From: a virus | IMG/VR virus record: IMGVR_UViG_3300022696_000100 | Reading direction: 5' to 3' (one strand) | DNA length: 43,747 bases | In this document: piece by piece, positions 24,814 to 34,108 of the stretch | How positions within the stretch are numbered: position 1 is the first letter of the stretch | Layout of the letters: every line of letters begins with the position of its first letter | Notes under the pieces: model-generated | Seen by the model: only the letters and a program-made list of their open reading frames with translations | Told to the model about the DNA's origin: nothing | The model's database searches: none | Program-made: the position numbers and the translations under genes

Positions 24814-26424
24814 TTAGTATGTGGGTAAGTTTGCTAAACCCGGGTTCTGTTGTGTAAAATTTTGCGTTTGATATACGGGTAGACTGGAGGGCTGTGCCGC
24901 GGGTTGAACCGCTACGTTTCCTAAACCATACCCTAAAGCAGACGTAACTCCCTGTACGCCTTGTGCCGCAGCTTGCCCGGCTGCCATAGTCCCAGCAGCT
25001 TGCGTAGCGCCGCCCTGAGTTTGAAGATTGGCAATTTGAGAGCCTGTCCCGGTTGCGAGATTAGCAAGGTAACTCGATAACGCGTTCTCAGCTTGTAATT
25101 CCGTACTGGCTTCACGTTCTGAAAGATTTGCAAGGTTTAATCCAGTTTGGCCGACAACGTCTGCCATCTGACCGCCGGCCACTGAAGCTAAGCGGGCCTG
25201 AGCCTGTCCAATTTCGCTTTCAATTTGGGCTACATTCAAACCCGTTCTCTCAGCAAGGGCCCCCCGTTCAGATGCGTTCATTCTCAAGAGGTCTGCCTGT
25301 GTCATACCCAGCTGCTGCGCAAGTTGTGCCAGTTGAGTTCCTGCCCCAGTAATAATTCCAGCTTCTGCTCCTGCAACCTGTTGACCGCGACTTGCAATGC
25401 TCCGGAGGTTTTCAAGGTGCTGTTGCTGTTGAGTAGAAGCAATACCCATCGCCTGTTCTTGGAGAGCAGTGCGAACGTTACCGCCGCCTAAACCCCCAAT
25501 AGCAGCCGAGTTACGCAGTAGAGCTTTCTCCTGCCTCTCCCTGAGGTACTTCTGACCTGGACTTTCAATATAGGCATCAATTGCGGCCTGCTGTGCTTCT
25601 GGACCCATAGCACCAGAGAGGGCTGCTTCCTTTTCCATAGCAGCTTTACCCGCTATGGAATACGGAGAAAATCGTTCTAAGGCAGCATCCCTGGCAGTTG
25701 ATACATCACCTCGGGCTGTCATAGTCCCTGCAGCCGCAGCTGCTAATCCCGATTGTAAACCTTCTTGCAACCGCGCGTCTGCTCCGCTAAATCCTATATC
25801 CGGGAGAGGTTCCTGCGGTTGGTCAAACATTTCAAACCGGTTACCTCCCATAGGAACTTCCTCGGGTTCTGCAGGAATAAATCCTCCAGACATTTCCTCG
25901 GTAGTAAGTCCCATACCGGGGGTCATCATGGATTCCTCAGCACCTGCAACTCCGCCTATATCGAGAGAAGAACCTCCCGGTTCTCCTGCAGCAGGAGCCG
26001 GGCCGTTCGGAGTCGGTACCATTCCGGGAGCATCATACGCTCCAGATTCATACTGTTGCATAAACGTTTCCATGGGAATCCCTTGTGAACGGGCCTGCGA
26101 TCCCAGGATGGCACGTTTTGAATCGGCTCCGGCATTATCCAAGATCTGTGCTGCCTGACCTGATGTATTTTCAAGAATATCCAGCACATCAGCTTCGCTA
26201 TTAATGATGGCATCACGCGCATCGCTAATCCCAGCACGATAGTTTGCCATTGCTGGATCAAACCTATCTAGAATTTCCGCACGAGCGCCTGCTGCTGACA
26301 TCCTTAAGGTCTTTTGTGCGTTTTTAATTGCGCTAGCCTGTTTACTCGCTGCAGATTTTGCGGCGTTTGCGCTAATTGCGGCTCCCGCAACTGCCCCGAC
26401 GGCTACGACTGCTGCTGCTGGCAT
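24814..26424 (-). CDS. Ala/Gly/Gln-rich large virion-associated protein, 536 aa
   Basis: Low-complexity A/G/Q-rich sequence. Operon position. Antisense ORFs in this span are composition shadows. Confidence 0.4.
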   Translation of the reverse strand: MPAAAVVAVGAVAGAAISANAAKSAASKQASAIKNAQKTLRMSAAGARAEILDRFDPAMANYRAGISDARDAIINSEADVLDILENTSGQAAQILDNAGADSKRAILGSQARSQGIPMETFMQQYESGAYDAPGMVPTPNGPAPAAGEPGGSSLDIGGVAGAEESMMTPGMGLTTEEMSGGFIPAEPEEVPMGGNRFEMFDQPQEPLPDIGFSGADARLQEGLQSGLAAAAAGTMTARGDVSTARDAALERFSPYSIAGKAAMEKEAALSGAMGPEAQQAAIDAYIESPGQKYLRERQEKALLRNSAAIGGLGGGNVRTALQEQAMGIASTQQQQHLENLRSIASRGQQVAGAEAGIITGAGTQLAQLAQQLGMTQADLLRMNASERGALAERTGLNVAQIESEIGQAQARLASVAGGQMADVVGQTGLNLANLSEREASTELQAENALSSYLANLATGTGSQIANLQTQGGATQAAGTMAAGQAAAQGVQGVTSALGYGLGNVAVQPAAQPSSLPVYQTQNFTQQNPGLANLPTY

Positions 26425-26433
26425 AATACTCTC

Positions 26434-26895
26434 CTAAAGTTTCTCAATTTGTTCCTTGGTTATTGAGAGAATATCTTGCCCAATTAGCTTACCGCCGCGT
26501 AGATAAGATTCAGCAAGTACTCCCTCAAGTTGTAGCCCAACCTCAATAGCGTGTTGTGCTACATTGACGTGCGCTTCGGGAACGAAGCATACGATTTTAT
26601 TCAAGTTTGGAATATTCTTTGCAGCCCATTTCAATGCCATAATAGAGGCCTTTACGCTAAATTGTTTTCTGTACTCCGGTAAAATTCGGGCATGCAACTG
26701 CCAGAGTACTGCCCCGTGGGGATGAATTCGATAACACCCCAATATTTTATGTTTATGCTCAATTCCCACCCAGTATTCATGAATTAGATCAGGAATTTCT
26801 AATTCCGACCCGTCTTCATGTATCTGGGCTGCGATGATCGGATTAGACAAAATAGCTAATGGTACGTTATAGTCGGTTATTCTATACGCCCTCAA
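26434..26895 (-). CDS. GNAT-like acetyltransferase-fold protein inside the virion module
   Basis: C-terminal VAQHAIEVGLQLEGVLAESYLRGGKLIGQDILSI resembles the RimJ/RimL-type GNAT C-terminus (GF..EG..R......G...D....S). Confidence 0.4.
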   Translation of the reverse strand: MRAYRITDYNVPLAILSNPIIAAQIHEDGSELEIPDLIHEYWVGIEHKHKILGCYRIHPHGAVLWQLHARILPEYRKQFSVKASIMALKWAAKNIPNLNKIVCFVPEAHVNVAQHAIEVGLQLEGVLAESYLRGGKLIGQDILSITKEQIEKL

Positions 26896-27179
26896 ATTGC
26901 CACCCAGCCCCTCGTACGATCTCCTGCAATGTCTGCAGATTGCTTAATATACTTGACAGCGCCTACCCCGCCTGTTTCATCCATATACTCCACACCTTGT
27001 TGCGCCTCGACTACTCCCTCTGGTGAGCCGGTGCCAATCAGCAGTCCCCGCTCCTGAACCTGCAGAATGAATAATCGAAACTGAGTTGTCATAAGACATT
27101 CTGCAGGCGTCAAGAGTTCGTCGTTAACAGCTTGCGCAATAGGGTACGTAGGATCAATTTTTGCTATTGTATTTCTCAT
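26892..27179 (-). CDS. Hypothetical virion-module protein (95 aa)
   Basis: ATGA-coupled ORF in the late operon. Confidence 0.5.
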   Translation of the reverse strand: MRNTIAKIDPTYPIAQAVNDELLTPAECLMTTQFRLFILQVQERGLLIGTGSPEGVVEAQQGVEYMDETGGVGAVKYIKQSADIAGDRTRGWVAI

Positions 27180-27188
27180 ACTGACCTA

Positions 27189-27884
27189 TTATGCATTCAG
27201 TGCAGGATGGCCGAACATGCGAATTAGAAACTGACCTGCGGTATACGTATTGTCATCAGTTGAACCTTGAACAAGATAAAAATAATAATCGTCTGTGATT
27301 GCCGGTGCGAGATTCTGAATGGTCTCGCCTAATGTCCAGTCGCCAGTACCGTCACAAATGGTAGCTGTATTGGCAACTGTATCATCGAATTCTTCATCAC
27401 CGGCTGATCCTTGAACCAGGAGGATGTCAGCATCGCCGGCTGTAGGTACTTCCAAACAAGTCATTTCCACTTTGTAAATGATACCATCTTCTTCAACATT
27501 CTGTTGCCCAAGATAAGCTGGGTCGCCTGATGAATCTAAACCGATGACATCATTAGCGGTACCTGATGAATCGAGGCCAGTAAGGTCAATCTGAATTTCC
27601 TTGATGATGTCCTCATTCTCGAACCAGCGATATGTCCTCGGTGCAAAAGCTGTGCCAACTGCGCCTGCGCCGTGTTCAGTCAATGGAGAGCCCTTATCAG
27701 CAACAAATCGGGGATAGTCATCCATTTCATCGAGTGAGCGAATCTTGGCGAGTGTCCATTCTGTCCAGTATTCAGCAATGAGAGCATCACTAATGTTTAA
27801 AAGGGCAGCAGTACGAGCTGCAGAATACCCGGCTACATGACAACGTTTTGATAATTCTTTCTTCTGTGCGGTTGTAAGTGACAT
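27189..27884 (-). CDS. Hypothetical protein with an HTH-like N-terminus and an acidic beta-rich C-terminal part (231 aa)
   Basis: N-terminal TAQKKELSKRCHVAGYSAARTAALLNISDALIAEYW looks like a helix-turn-helix. Confidence 0.45.
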   Translation of the reverse strand: MSLTTAQKKELSKRCHVAGYSAARTAALLNISDALIAEYWTEWTLAKIRSLDEMDDYPRFVADKGSPLTEHGAGAVGTAFAPRTYRWFENEDIIKEIQIDLTGLDSSGTANDVIGLDSSGDPAYLGQQNVEEDGIIYKVEMTCLEVPTAGDADILLVQGSAGDEEFDDTVANTATICDGTGDWTLGETIQNLAPAITDDYYFYLVQGSTDDNTYTAGQFLIRMFGHPALNA

Positions 27885-27911
27885 TTCGTTCTCCTTTACC
27901 TTGGGGGTTAA

Positions 27912-29354
27912 TTATTTAATATCCGCTTCTAACTTGATTATGACGGGTTTTACTGCGTCTGACCATCTAAATCGCCAGATACAGAAACGCGGAATACGTC
28001 CGTTTTTACGCCAAATAACCCTTTGCCCATATTTACCTATTTTACCTATACGCCGTGAGCGTTCATAATCAAAAGTCTTTGCGTCTTCCGATATTGCTAA
28101 CGATACAACTGGATCTTCAACTCCGTTACCGACGCCTGATTCGACAGTTAGTTCGATCATAGGTATTCTAAGTGGTTTGCCCCCTTTAGCTATCGGCTGG
28201 GTTGTAAAGACACGTACAATATTATTGTCATATTCTTGATACTCAGCTTTATCAAGAATCCCAATTCTACCATCTTGAGAATCTCCCACAATATTGTACC
28301 CGTACGCATGAACTAAGGAATTCACTCGCCAGCGGACTTGGGTAGGATCACCGGTTACGGCATCATCAACCGAAGACTTCTGCTCATGCCACAGGTTTGT
28401 TGTCATATTAAACACAAATGTACGCTCAAGAAAACTAAAAGCAACAAAAAATTGTCCGTCAAAGCTCCACGTAATTGCGAATGTTACATTCAAAACTGCA
28501 TCTGTAAATCCGCCAATTACGTTGTCAATGGCTATAGTAGAGATCTTTTGAAACTGACCGCGCACAAAAGCCCAAATACCTGGACTTTCATTCTTGCCTC
28601 CGCCAATCATGAAAAATTGCTGATTCGAAGAAACGAGAGAAAAAGGAGCATAGCAGCCTTTATCTAAGAAGATGTTGTTTCTTTGGAATGGAAATCCTGG
28701 GCCTCCGATGTTTTGGAATCCTTCAGTCGTTTCTGAGCCTGTAACGAAAAGCTGGTTGTTGTGCACCACCGGTGCAACAATAGGATCAGGATCAGCTTCA
28801 GCAGTTCCAAAATCCAGTGCGTCCCAAGTGGTACCGTCATTAAGAGCGGATATAATCCATTTTTTAGAGTCAGTACTACAAGCGAAATACCCATCAATAA
28901 AGACAACGTACTGAGGATCGCCAGAAGCCCTAAAGTCTGCGTCAGTAATTTCAACTAATCCTCCCGCAACTGAATAGATATACCCCTTACCACTGGGCAC
29001 AAGAATCATTAGTTGCGTTCCGTTGTCAGCCATACTGACGCGGGTTGAGCCTTCAATTGTGTCAATGGCAGTAAGAGTGAAAGTTTCTACGCCGGATATA
29101 TACGATCTATCCAGTCGGTATAGCGTATCTCCTTGGACAAAATAAGGAATACCAGCTAAGTCCCAAGAACCGCGATTAACTTCATCAGTTGTTGCTCCTG
29201 CTGTAGCAATCTGACGTATCCCGGGGGTTCCGACAAGCTGGCGTTTGGAAAGGGTTGGCACTTCAGGAGTTACTGGAATCCAATTTGTACATTCCTGATG
29301 TGAAATAGGTAAGGATTTCGCTACATAAAATCCATTTGTCAGCGGTATTTCCAT
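27912..29354 (-). CDS. P22 gp10-like head-completion / tail-hub protein candidate (480 aa)
   Basis: Size (P22 gp10 is about 470 aa), position downstream of the gp4-like gene, and N-terminal style. Assigned from memory, not aligned. Confidence 0.4.
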   Translation of the reverse strand: MEIPLTNGFYVAKSLPISHQECTNWIPVTPEVPTLSKRQLVGTPGIRQIATAGATTDEVNRGSWDLAGIPYFVQGDTLYRLDRSYISGVETFTLTAIDTIEGSTRVSMADNGTQLMILVPSGKGYIYSVAGGLVEITDADFRASGDPQYVVFIDGYFACSTDSKKWIISALNDGTTWDALDFGTAEADPDPIVAPVVHNNQLFVTGSETTEGFQNIGGPGFPFQRNNIFLDKGCYAPFSLVSSNQQFFMIGGGKNESPGIWAFVRGQFQKISTIAIDNVIGGFTDAVLNVTFAITWSFDGQFFVAFSFLERTFVFNMTTNLWHEQKSSVDDAVTGDPTQVRWRVNSLVHAYGYNIVGDSQDGRIGILDKAEYQEYDNNIVRVFTTQPIAKGGKPLRIPMIELTVESGVGNGVEDPVVSLAISEDAKTFDYERSRRIGKIGKYGQRVIWRKNGRIPRFCIWRFRWSDAVKPVIIKLEADIK

Positions 29355-30910
29355 TATCCAGAAATCCTCATTATAATGTTCTCAATGATAACGTTGACTG
29401 CGGTATCATCGTTCTGTACCCACAATTCAACGTAATCATCAGTAGCAAAGTCATAGCTCCAAATCAAAGACATATTACCAATATCTCCGGAATTAACTTC
29501 TCTTGTAATTTGGCTTGCAGCAACTTGAACGTCATTTATATATAGAAAAAAGGAGATATCATCAATCCCAGATGCAAGATCTACTGATATAGAGGCTGTA
29601 ATATCTAAATGCGCCCCTTTGCCAGTATATGTAAATCGTCCGCCAGACGTAATAGTAAATCTGTGATTTGCCTGAGCTGTCCACGTTGCCCCCACAATAA
29701 CCGGAGTAGCGGAGGCTGCGATTGTAATAGTCGCTCCACCGTGTGTAGCTAAGGCCAGATTTGTTGAGTTGACAGCGTTGGGGTTAAGAGCAAATTCCCA
29801 GAGATCATCATAAGGAGAGATATTCTCAAGGAAAGTGCCGGAACCGAACTGCTGTGTAGTCGTAATTGAAGCAAACCCGCCGGCAGCAATATTCCCGTCG
29901 TTAGCTAGACCTGCAATGCAATAGGATGTTGCGTCGGCCAGAATAAAGATGCCGTCTCCTATTGCTATAGCCAAGAACGTAGCAGAACCCAAGTCAAAAG
30001 CCTTGGCGCCGGTGGCGGTAATATCAAAATCAAAAATCTTGCAATAGAAAGTAGAGTTAGTGCCGGAAAAAGCCAATCCGTCAGTGGCTGCGATAAAACT
30101 AATAGACCGGAAGAACGTCAGGTTCATTTCATCAATAGTACCCACAGTATCACAGTCTACAGTACCCTCTGTAAAAATGAATTCATGATCGCCGGTAGTA
30201 GAAGAAATGTCAAATGCCTGGGCGCTGGTGCAAGACAACTTAATACCTTTTATAGTACAGCTGTTGTCAAGAGCTGTAATCATTGTATTGGACCCAGTGT
30301 ATGTGAGAGTAATCAGTCTATCATCTGGAGCCTGGATAACAGTACCCGCTCCCATTACAAATCGGCTGGCTGTGCTCACATCATTAACAATACGGTATTC
30401 AGTATCTCCTGCAAGGGTAATCACACCGCTGACAGGGGTTGGAAAATCAGATTCCTGATACACGAAAACCGTCTTACTCGTACCCGGGGTACCGGATTCT
30501 GAAATTTGGATAATGTCGCCAGATTCGGCAACTGTGATACCTGTTCCACCTACAATACTCCGGAAAGTGGGCTGAACAGCTGTCTCATTTGCCATAACTG
30601 CCGCACCAGTTTGGTCAACATTGAAATTATGGCTAATCTCAACGCCGTCTTGGGTGCTTAGGCTAGTAGTGATACCTGAGCCGCCCAAAATCGCTCTGAT
30701 ATAGTTGGCGGTAGCAACCTGTTTCAGGACAGGAATTGCCGCTACCTCGCCTATGCTTGACAAAGACCCCAGAGCAGTTAGACTAGCTAGAAAATCGCTT
30801 TGGGATACTTTGTAATTTTGCCCGTTTCTAACTATATCAATATAGTCACCCGCTTGGAAGGCTGAAACGGCTACAAAATCACTCTTTTTAATATCACGTG
30901 CTCTTGTCAT
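29354..30910 (-). CDS. Hypothetical tail/virion protein, probably beta-helical (518 aa)
   Basis: Gly/Thr/Ser/Ile-rich repetitive beta-like sequence. ATGA-type coupling on both sides. Confidence 0.45.
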   Translation of the reverse strand: MTRARDIKKSDFVAVSAFQAGDYIDIVRNGQNYKVSQSDFLASLTALGSLSSIGEVAAIPVLKQVATANYIRAILGGSGITTSLSTQDGVEISHNFNVDQTGAAVMANETAVQPTFRSIVGGTGITVAESGDIIQISESGTPGTSKTVFVYQESDFPTPVSGVITLAGDTEYRIVNDVSTASRFVMGAGTVIQAPDDRLITLTYTGSNTMITALDNSCTIKGIKLSCTSAQAFDISSTTGDHEFIFTEGTVDCDTVGTIDEMNLTFFRSISFIAATDGLAFSGTNSTFYCKIFDFDITATGAKAFDLGSATFLAIAIGDGIFILADATSYCIAGLANDGNIAAGGFASITTTQQFGSGTFLENISPYDDLWEFALNPNAVNSTNLALATHGGATITIAASATPVIVGATWTAQANHRFTITSGGRFTYTGKGAHLDITASISVDLASGIDDISFFLYINDVQVAASQITREVNSGDIGNMSLIWSYDFATDDYVELWVQNDDTAVNVIIENIIMRISG

Positions 30911-31392
30911 GGTGCTGCCTCCGTCTCATCTTCCAGTGCCACGCTTCCACCAGATTCCGTAAGGATGGTTGATTCCTCATCCGAATAGAATGTAGTATCA
31001 GCGTAACCCGGGTAATCATTCCCTGAACCCTGCGGTAAAGTACACGGGTATTCAGTATCGGTTATATCGACAGCTAAGTCTACAAGGATCATCATTCCAT
31101 CTTTTGCAGCTTTTGCTAGTGCCGGAGGGACGGGCACTTCATACTTAGGAGCAAGTAGAACTGCAAGGTTCTTCTTAATCCCGAATATAGCCCCCTCAGG
31201 TACCGTCATCTCATCACCCATATCGTTGACAACGGTATACCCTAGAGTTATGCCCTTTGCTTCAAGTGCTAGCATCATATCATTCAGCGCTCTAATTGCA
31301 GCAGCTGCTTCAGACGCTTCCACGGGAGCCTCGTCGGCTTGTACAACCAAATCCTCTAACGCGTCAATAACGACTTCGTTAACTTTGGCCAT
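30907..31392 (-). CDS. P22 gp4-like head-to-tail adaptor candidate (161 aa)
   Basis: Size, position after the coat gene, and the LNDMMLALEAKG and PCTLPQGSGND motifs. These resemble what I recall of P22 gp4 (..DLEAMM.., ..PTGSGN..). Confidence 0.5.
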   Translation of the reverse strand: MAKVNEVVIDALEDLVVQADEAPVEASEAAAAIRALNDMMLALEAKGITLGYTVVNDMGDEMTVPEGAIFGIKKNLAVLLAPKYEVPVPPALAKAAKDGMMILVDLAVDITDTEYPCTLPQGSGNDYPGYADTTFYSDEESTILTESGGSVALEDETEAAP

Positions 31393-31780
31393 TGTCCAGG
31401 TGCTCCTTTATACGTTTAAGAGCGTTACGTTGAACATCTTCGAGACCGCCTCGGTTAACGACCCTGCGTCCTGTAACCTCAAATACAAAAGTAATAAGGT
31501 CATCCTTAGACGTAAAGTCAGCGATCTGATGTTCATAGAATTCCAGGGTTCCCGGGCGTCCCCAACCTTTGTCGCCTTTAGGGGCATTCGGATCAGGCTC
31601 TGGTTCCTTGGGAGGTTCCGGAGGCGGAGCTGGTTCCTCTGCTTGATTCGTGAATGCAAGCTGGTCATCGACCGCGCCGAGATCATAGAAAAAATCGAGT
31701 TCCCGTACGTCTACGCGTGCTTTGCGGTAGGGGAACGGGCTGTCTGGTCCAGGTGGAAAGTAAACCCATTGTGACGGCAT
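31379..31780 (-). CDS. Hypothetical head-module protein with a Pro/Glu-rich linker (133 aa)
   Basis: EEPAPPPEPPKEPEPDPNAP linker. Lies immediately after the coat gene. Confidence 0.5.
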   Translation of the reverse strand: MPSQWVYFPPGPDSPFPYRKARVDVRELDFFYDLGAVDDQLAFTNQAEEPAPPPEPPKEPEPDPNAPKGDKGWGRPGTLEFYEHQIADFTSKDDLITFVFEVTGRRVVNRGGLEDVQRNALKRIKEHLDNGQS

Positions 31781-31799
31781 GCTGTATTCCTTTCTAATT

Positions 31800-31847
31800 G
31801 CCGGGAGCGGGCTGCGTAGACAACCCCGCTGTCTTCCCGCTCCCGGC
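31800..31847 (-). promoter_or_regulatory. GC-rich stem-loop just downstream of the coat gene
   Basis: Perfect 12-bp arms GCCGGGAGCGGG (31800-31811) / CCCGCTCCCGGC (31836-31847). No U-tract on the minus strand. Confidence 0.5.
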
Positions 31848-31888
31848 TACTCGCATGAGCGTTTTTACGGCTCACTAGAGTTTACGGT

Positions 31889-33154
31889 TTAGCCCCAGCC
31901 TTTACCGGCAAAGAACGGATTGAGGCATGCAAAAGCGGGCAGTATATCAAACCTGATTTTCTGGCTGTTTGCATCACCATCGCTATACTTCGATACCCTA
32001 ATGGAAATACCATCAGAAGTAGTAGCAACAGTATCCGTGCTGTAAAGTTTGGGCAGCTTCACAAAGGCGATTGCGAAAGCATCTTTGTGATAGAACAGGT
32101 TCGGCTGATACAATGTAGCAGTCGCGCCTAGAATATTAACAACATCATTTTCGGCAAAAGCCGAATCGACATTGTTATACTGGCCATTGGCCTCATAAAT
32201 GGCAGGGCCAGATACTGATAATTCAATAACACCTGAACCATCAGCAGTTGCGTCTTCGGTTACAGTACCTTTCCAGGTAATTGCAGCGCCAGAAGCATTC
32301 AAAATAACTTTACCTGTGCGAGGATGCACATAATACCGACCTTCAACCTCAATCATCTCACCAGCTTTAACAACACCAGCAGCAGTAATACCATCAACTT
32401 CAATGGTCTGAATCATGGTGTCTTTGTGAGTGACATAGGTCTGGTCAATGGCAGTAGCCGTAATGGCGCCCGCGCGGTCTGCACATGCGCCAGACGTATA
32501 GGAGCTCAGGCTGTTGCTGGACAAAGCGCGCAAGCCAGCAAACGGAGATGCAATCTGTGCATTTTCCCATGCAGTCTTTACCAAGGATTCGCCGGCATAC
32601 AAGCCCGACTGCGCGCTGGCAAGGTTCTGAATGGTGAAAGGATTCATCACATAGTGATGCATACCTTCAGGAACGCCGATAGACTTCATCATAGACATGG
32701 CGGATGCAACATCAGACCAAGCATCGACAACGGTGCCGACAGTACCCACCTGCAGGGCCGCCCTCTGATACATGAAATCACAGAAGTTGGTTTCCAGCTG
32801 GATGATTGCAGTTTCGGCCGCAGGCTTGAGGATTTCCTCGAGCTGATCCAAGGAAAGAGCTTCTTCCTTGTTGGTCCAGTCAATCGGCACAGTAATGTAA
32901 TTCTGGACCTGCGCAGTGGCTTTACCGCTGATAATATCATTCCATGTTGACAGGGAGATATCACCACCAGAGGTTTCTACCGCACGATACTGGTGCGGAC
33001 GTTTAATGTCAACATAGTCGCCCGAGGACGGATTGAACTTGCCCTGGAACATCTGCGTGTTGACGGTCTTTGACAATACCCGCTGTTTCTCAAAGGCGGG
33101 AATAAAGGCTCGCATTAATTTGCGAGTAATATTGGAAGCTAAATTGTTAGCCAT
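31889..33154 (-). CDS. Major capsid protein, P22-coat-like (HK97 fold)
   Basis: 421 aa, directly after the scaffold gene. The N-terminal pattern ITRKLMRAF..VLSKTVNTQMF.GKF..SGDYVDIKRP is typical of the P22 coat family. Confidence 0.75.
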   Translation of the reverse strand: MANNLASNITRKLMRAFIPAFEKQRVLSKTVNTQMFQGKFNPSSGDYVDIKRPHQYRAVETSGGDISLSTWNDIISGKATAQVQNYITVPIDWTNKEEALSLDQLEEILKPAAETAIIQLETNFCDFMYQRAALQVGTVGTVVDAWSDVASAMSMMKSIGVPEGMHHYVMNPFTIQNLASAQSGLYAGESLVKTAWENAQIASPFAGLRALSSNSLSSYTSGACADRAGAITATAIDQTYVTHKDTMIQTIEVDGITAAGVVKAGEMIEVEGRYYVHPRTGKVILNASGAAITWKGTVTEDATADGSGVIELSVSGPAIYEANGQYNNVDSAFAENDVVNILGATATLYQPNLFYHKDAFAIAFVKLPKLYSTDTVATTSDGISIRVSKYSDGDANSQKIRFDILPAFACLNPFFAGKGWG

Positions 33155-33173
33155 TTGAGTTTACCTCTTTTCG

Positions 33174-34037
33174 TTACTCGAACTCTACCCCATCAAGAAA
33201 AGGATCTTTCTTCTCACCGCCGGCCTTACCTTTCGGTATGGTAATCGGATCAGGAGTTGTTGTTACATTCGGTTTCAGCTGTGCAGCTGCAGGTACGACC
33301 GTAGTAGCGATATACGCTGATGCCTCGATCGATGACATACCCTGGAGTTTTTCAAGTTCCTGGGCAGAGGAAGCGAGATATTTGACAACCAGGGCGGATT
33401 CATCCAGATTAAGCATGAATGTAGCAAGGTCCGGGTCGTTAATATAGTTCGCAACCGTCTTATCTGCCTCTTTAAGTTCCTCGTCCGTAACCCCCAGGTC
33501 TTTGGCGTCTGCATACATCTTGGTGACTGCATTATTGATTGCCTGAGTCTTAGCCTCCGCTGCAGCTTGTAATTCGTCAGCTTGCTGCTTCTGAAGAATC
33601 TCTTTCTGCGCGTTAGCTTGAGCCAGTTTCTGAATTGCTTCATCACGGGCTTTAACTTTGGCCTGGTACTCAGAATCAAAAGTGTCCGGCATTTCTGGGA
33701 CAACAATGTCATCAGCCGCGCCCTGTGCTTCCTTGAGCTTGGCTTCTGCCTCCGCTGCCCGTTTCTCTGCCGCTTCTGCCGCACGTTTCGCCTCATGTTT
33801 CTCGAACGTCAACTTATTGATCTTCTTGTCGACGGCCTCTTGATTGATGGGTTTAGTCTCAGTTTCCTCAGTTGTTTCCTGCTGTTCCTGAGGGGCGGCC
33901 TCTTGCTCTTCTATGGGTGCCTCTTCACCCGCCTCCATCTCTACGCCCTGAAGATGTGGAGATTCTTCTGTCTCTTGCGAGGTTTCTTCCGCTGCCTGAG
34001 TCGGAGTCTCAGTAGTCTCTTCTGTCTCTTCCATCAT
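33174..34037 (-). CDS. Scaffolding protein (287 aa; start trimmed to the ATG after GAAAGGAGG)
   Basis: Glu-rich N-terminus and a long helical/coiled-coil body (AAEAAEKRAAEAEAKLKEAQ). Lies between the portal and coat genes. Confidence 0.7.
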   Translation of the reverse strand: MMEETEETTETPTQAAEETSQETEESPHLQGVEMEAGEEAPIEEQEAAPQEQQETTEETETKPINQEAVDKKINKLTFEKHEAKRAAEAAEKRAAEAEAKLKEAQGAADDIVVPEMPDTFDSEYQAKVKARDEAIQKLAQANAQKEILQKQQADELQAAAEAKTQAINNAVTKMYADAKDLGVTDEELKEADKTVANYINDPDLATFMLNLDESALVVKYLASSAQELEKLQGMSSIEASAYIATTVVPAAAQLKPNVTTTPDPITIPKGKAGGEKKDPFLDGVEFE

Positions 34038-34108
34038 TGACCTCCTTTCGTGCCGTGATTGATGGCTCACGTCGCCGTAGCCGGGTCTCACACCCGTGGG
34101 GTTATGGG

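Noticed and set aside
24814-26424. Long antisense and off-frame ORFs (25655..26158, 25765..26088, 25956..26261). Similar ones occur at 2469..2912, 11982..12503, 32324..32950, 33275..33796, 33582..34040 and 38397..38702.
   Set aside because: All lie opposite or out of frame to genes with clear homology or SD sites. They occur in compositionally biased (Ala/Glu/Arg-rich) coding DNA, which suppresses stops on other frames.
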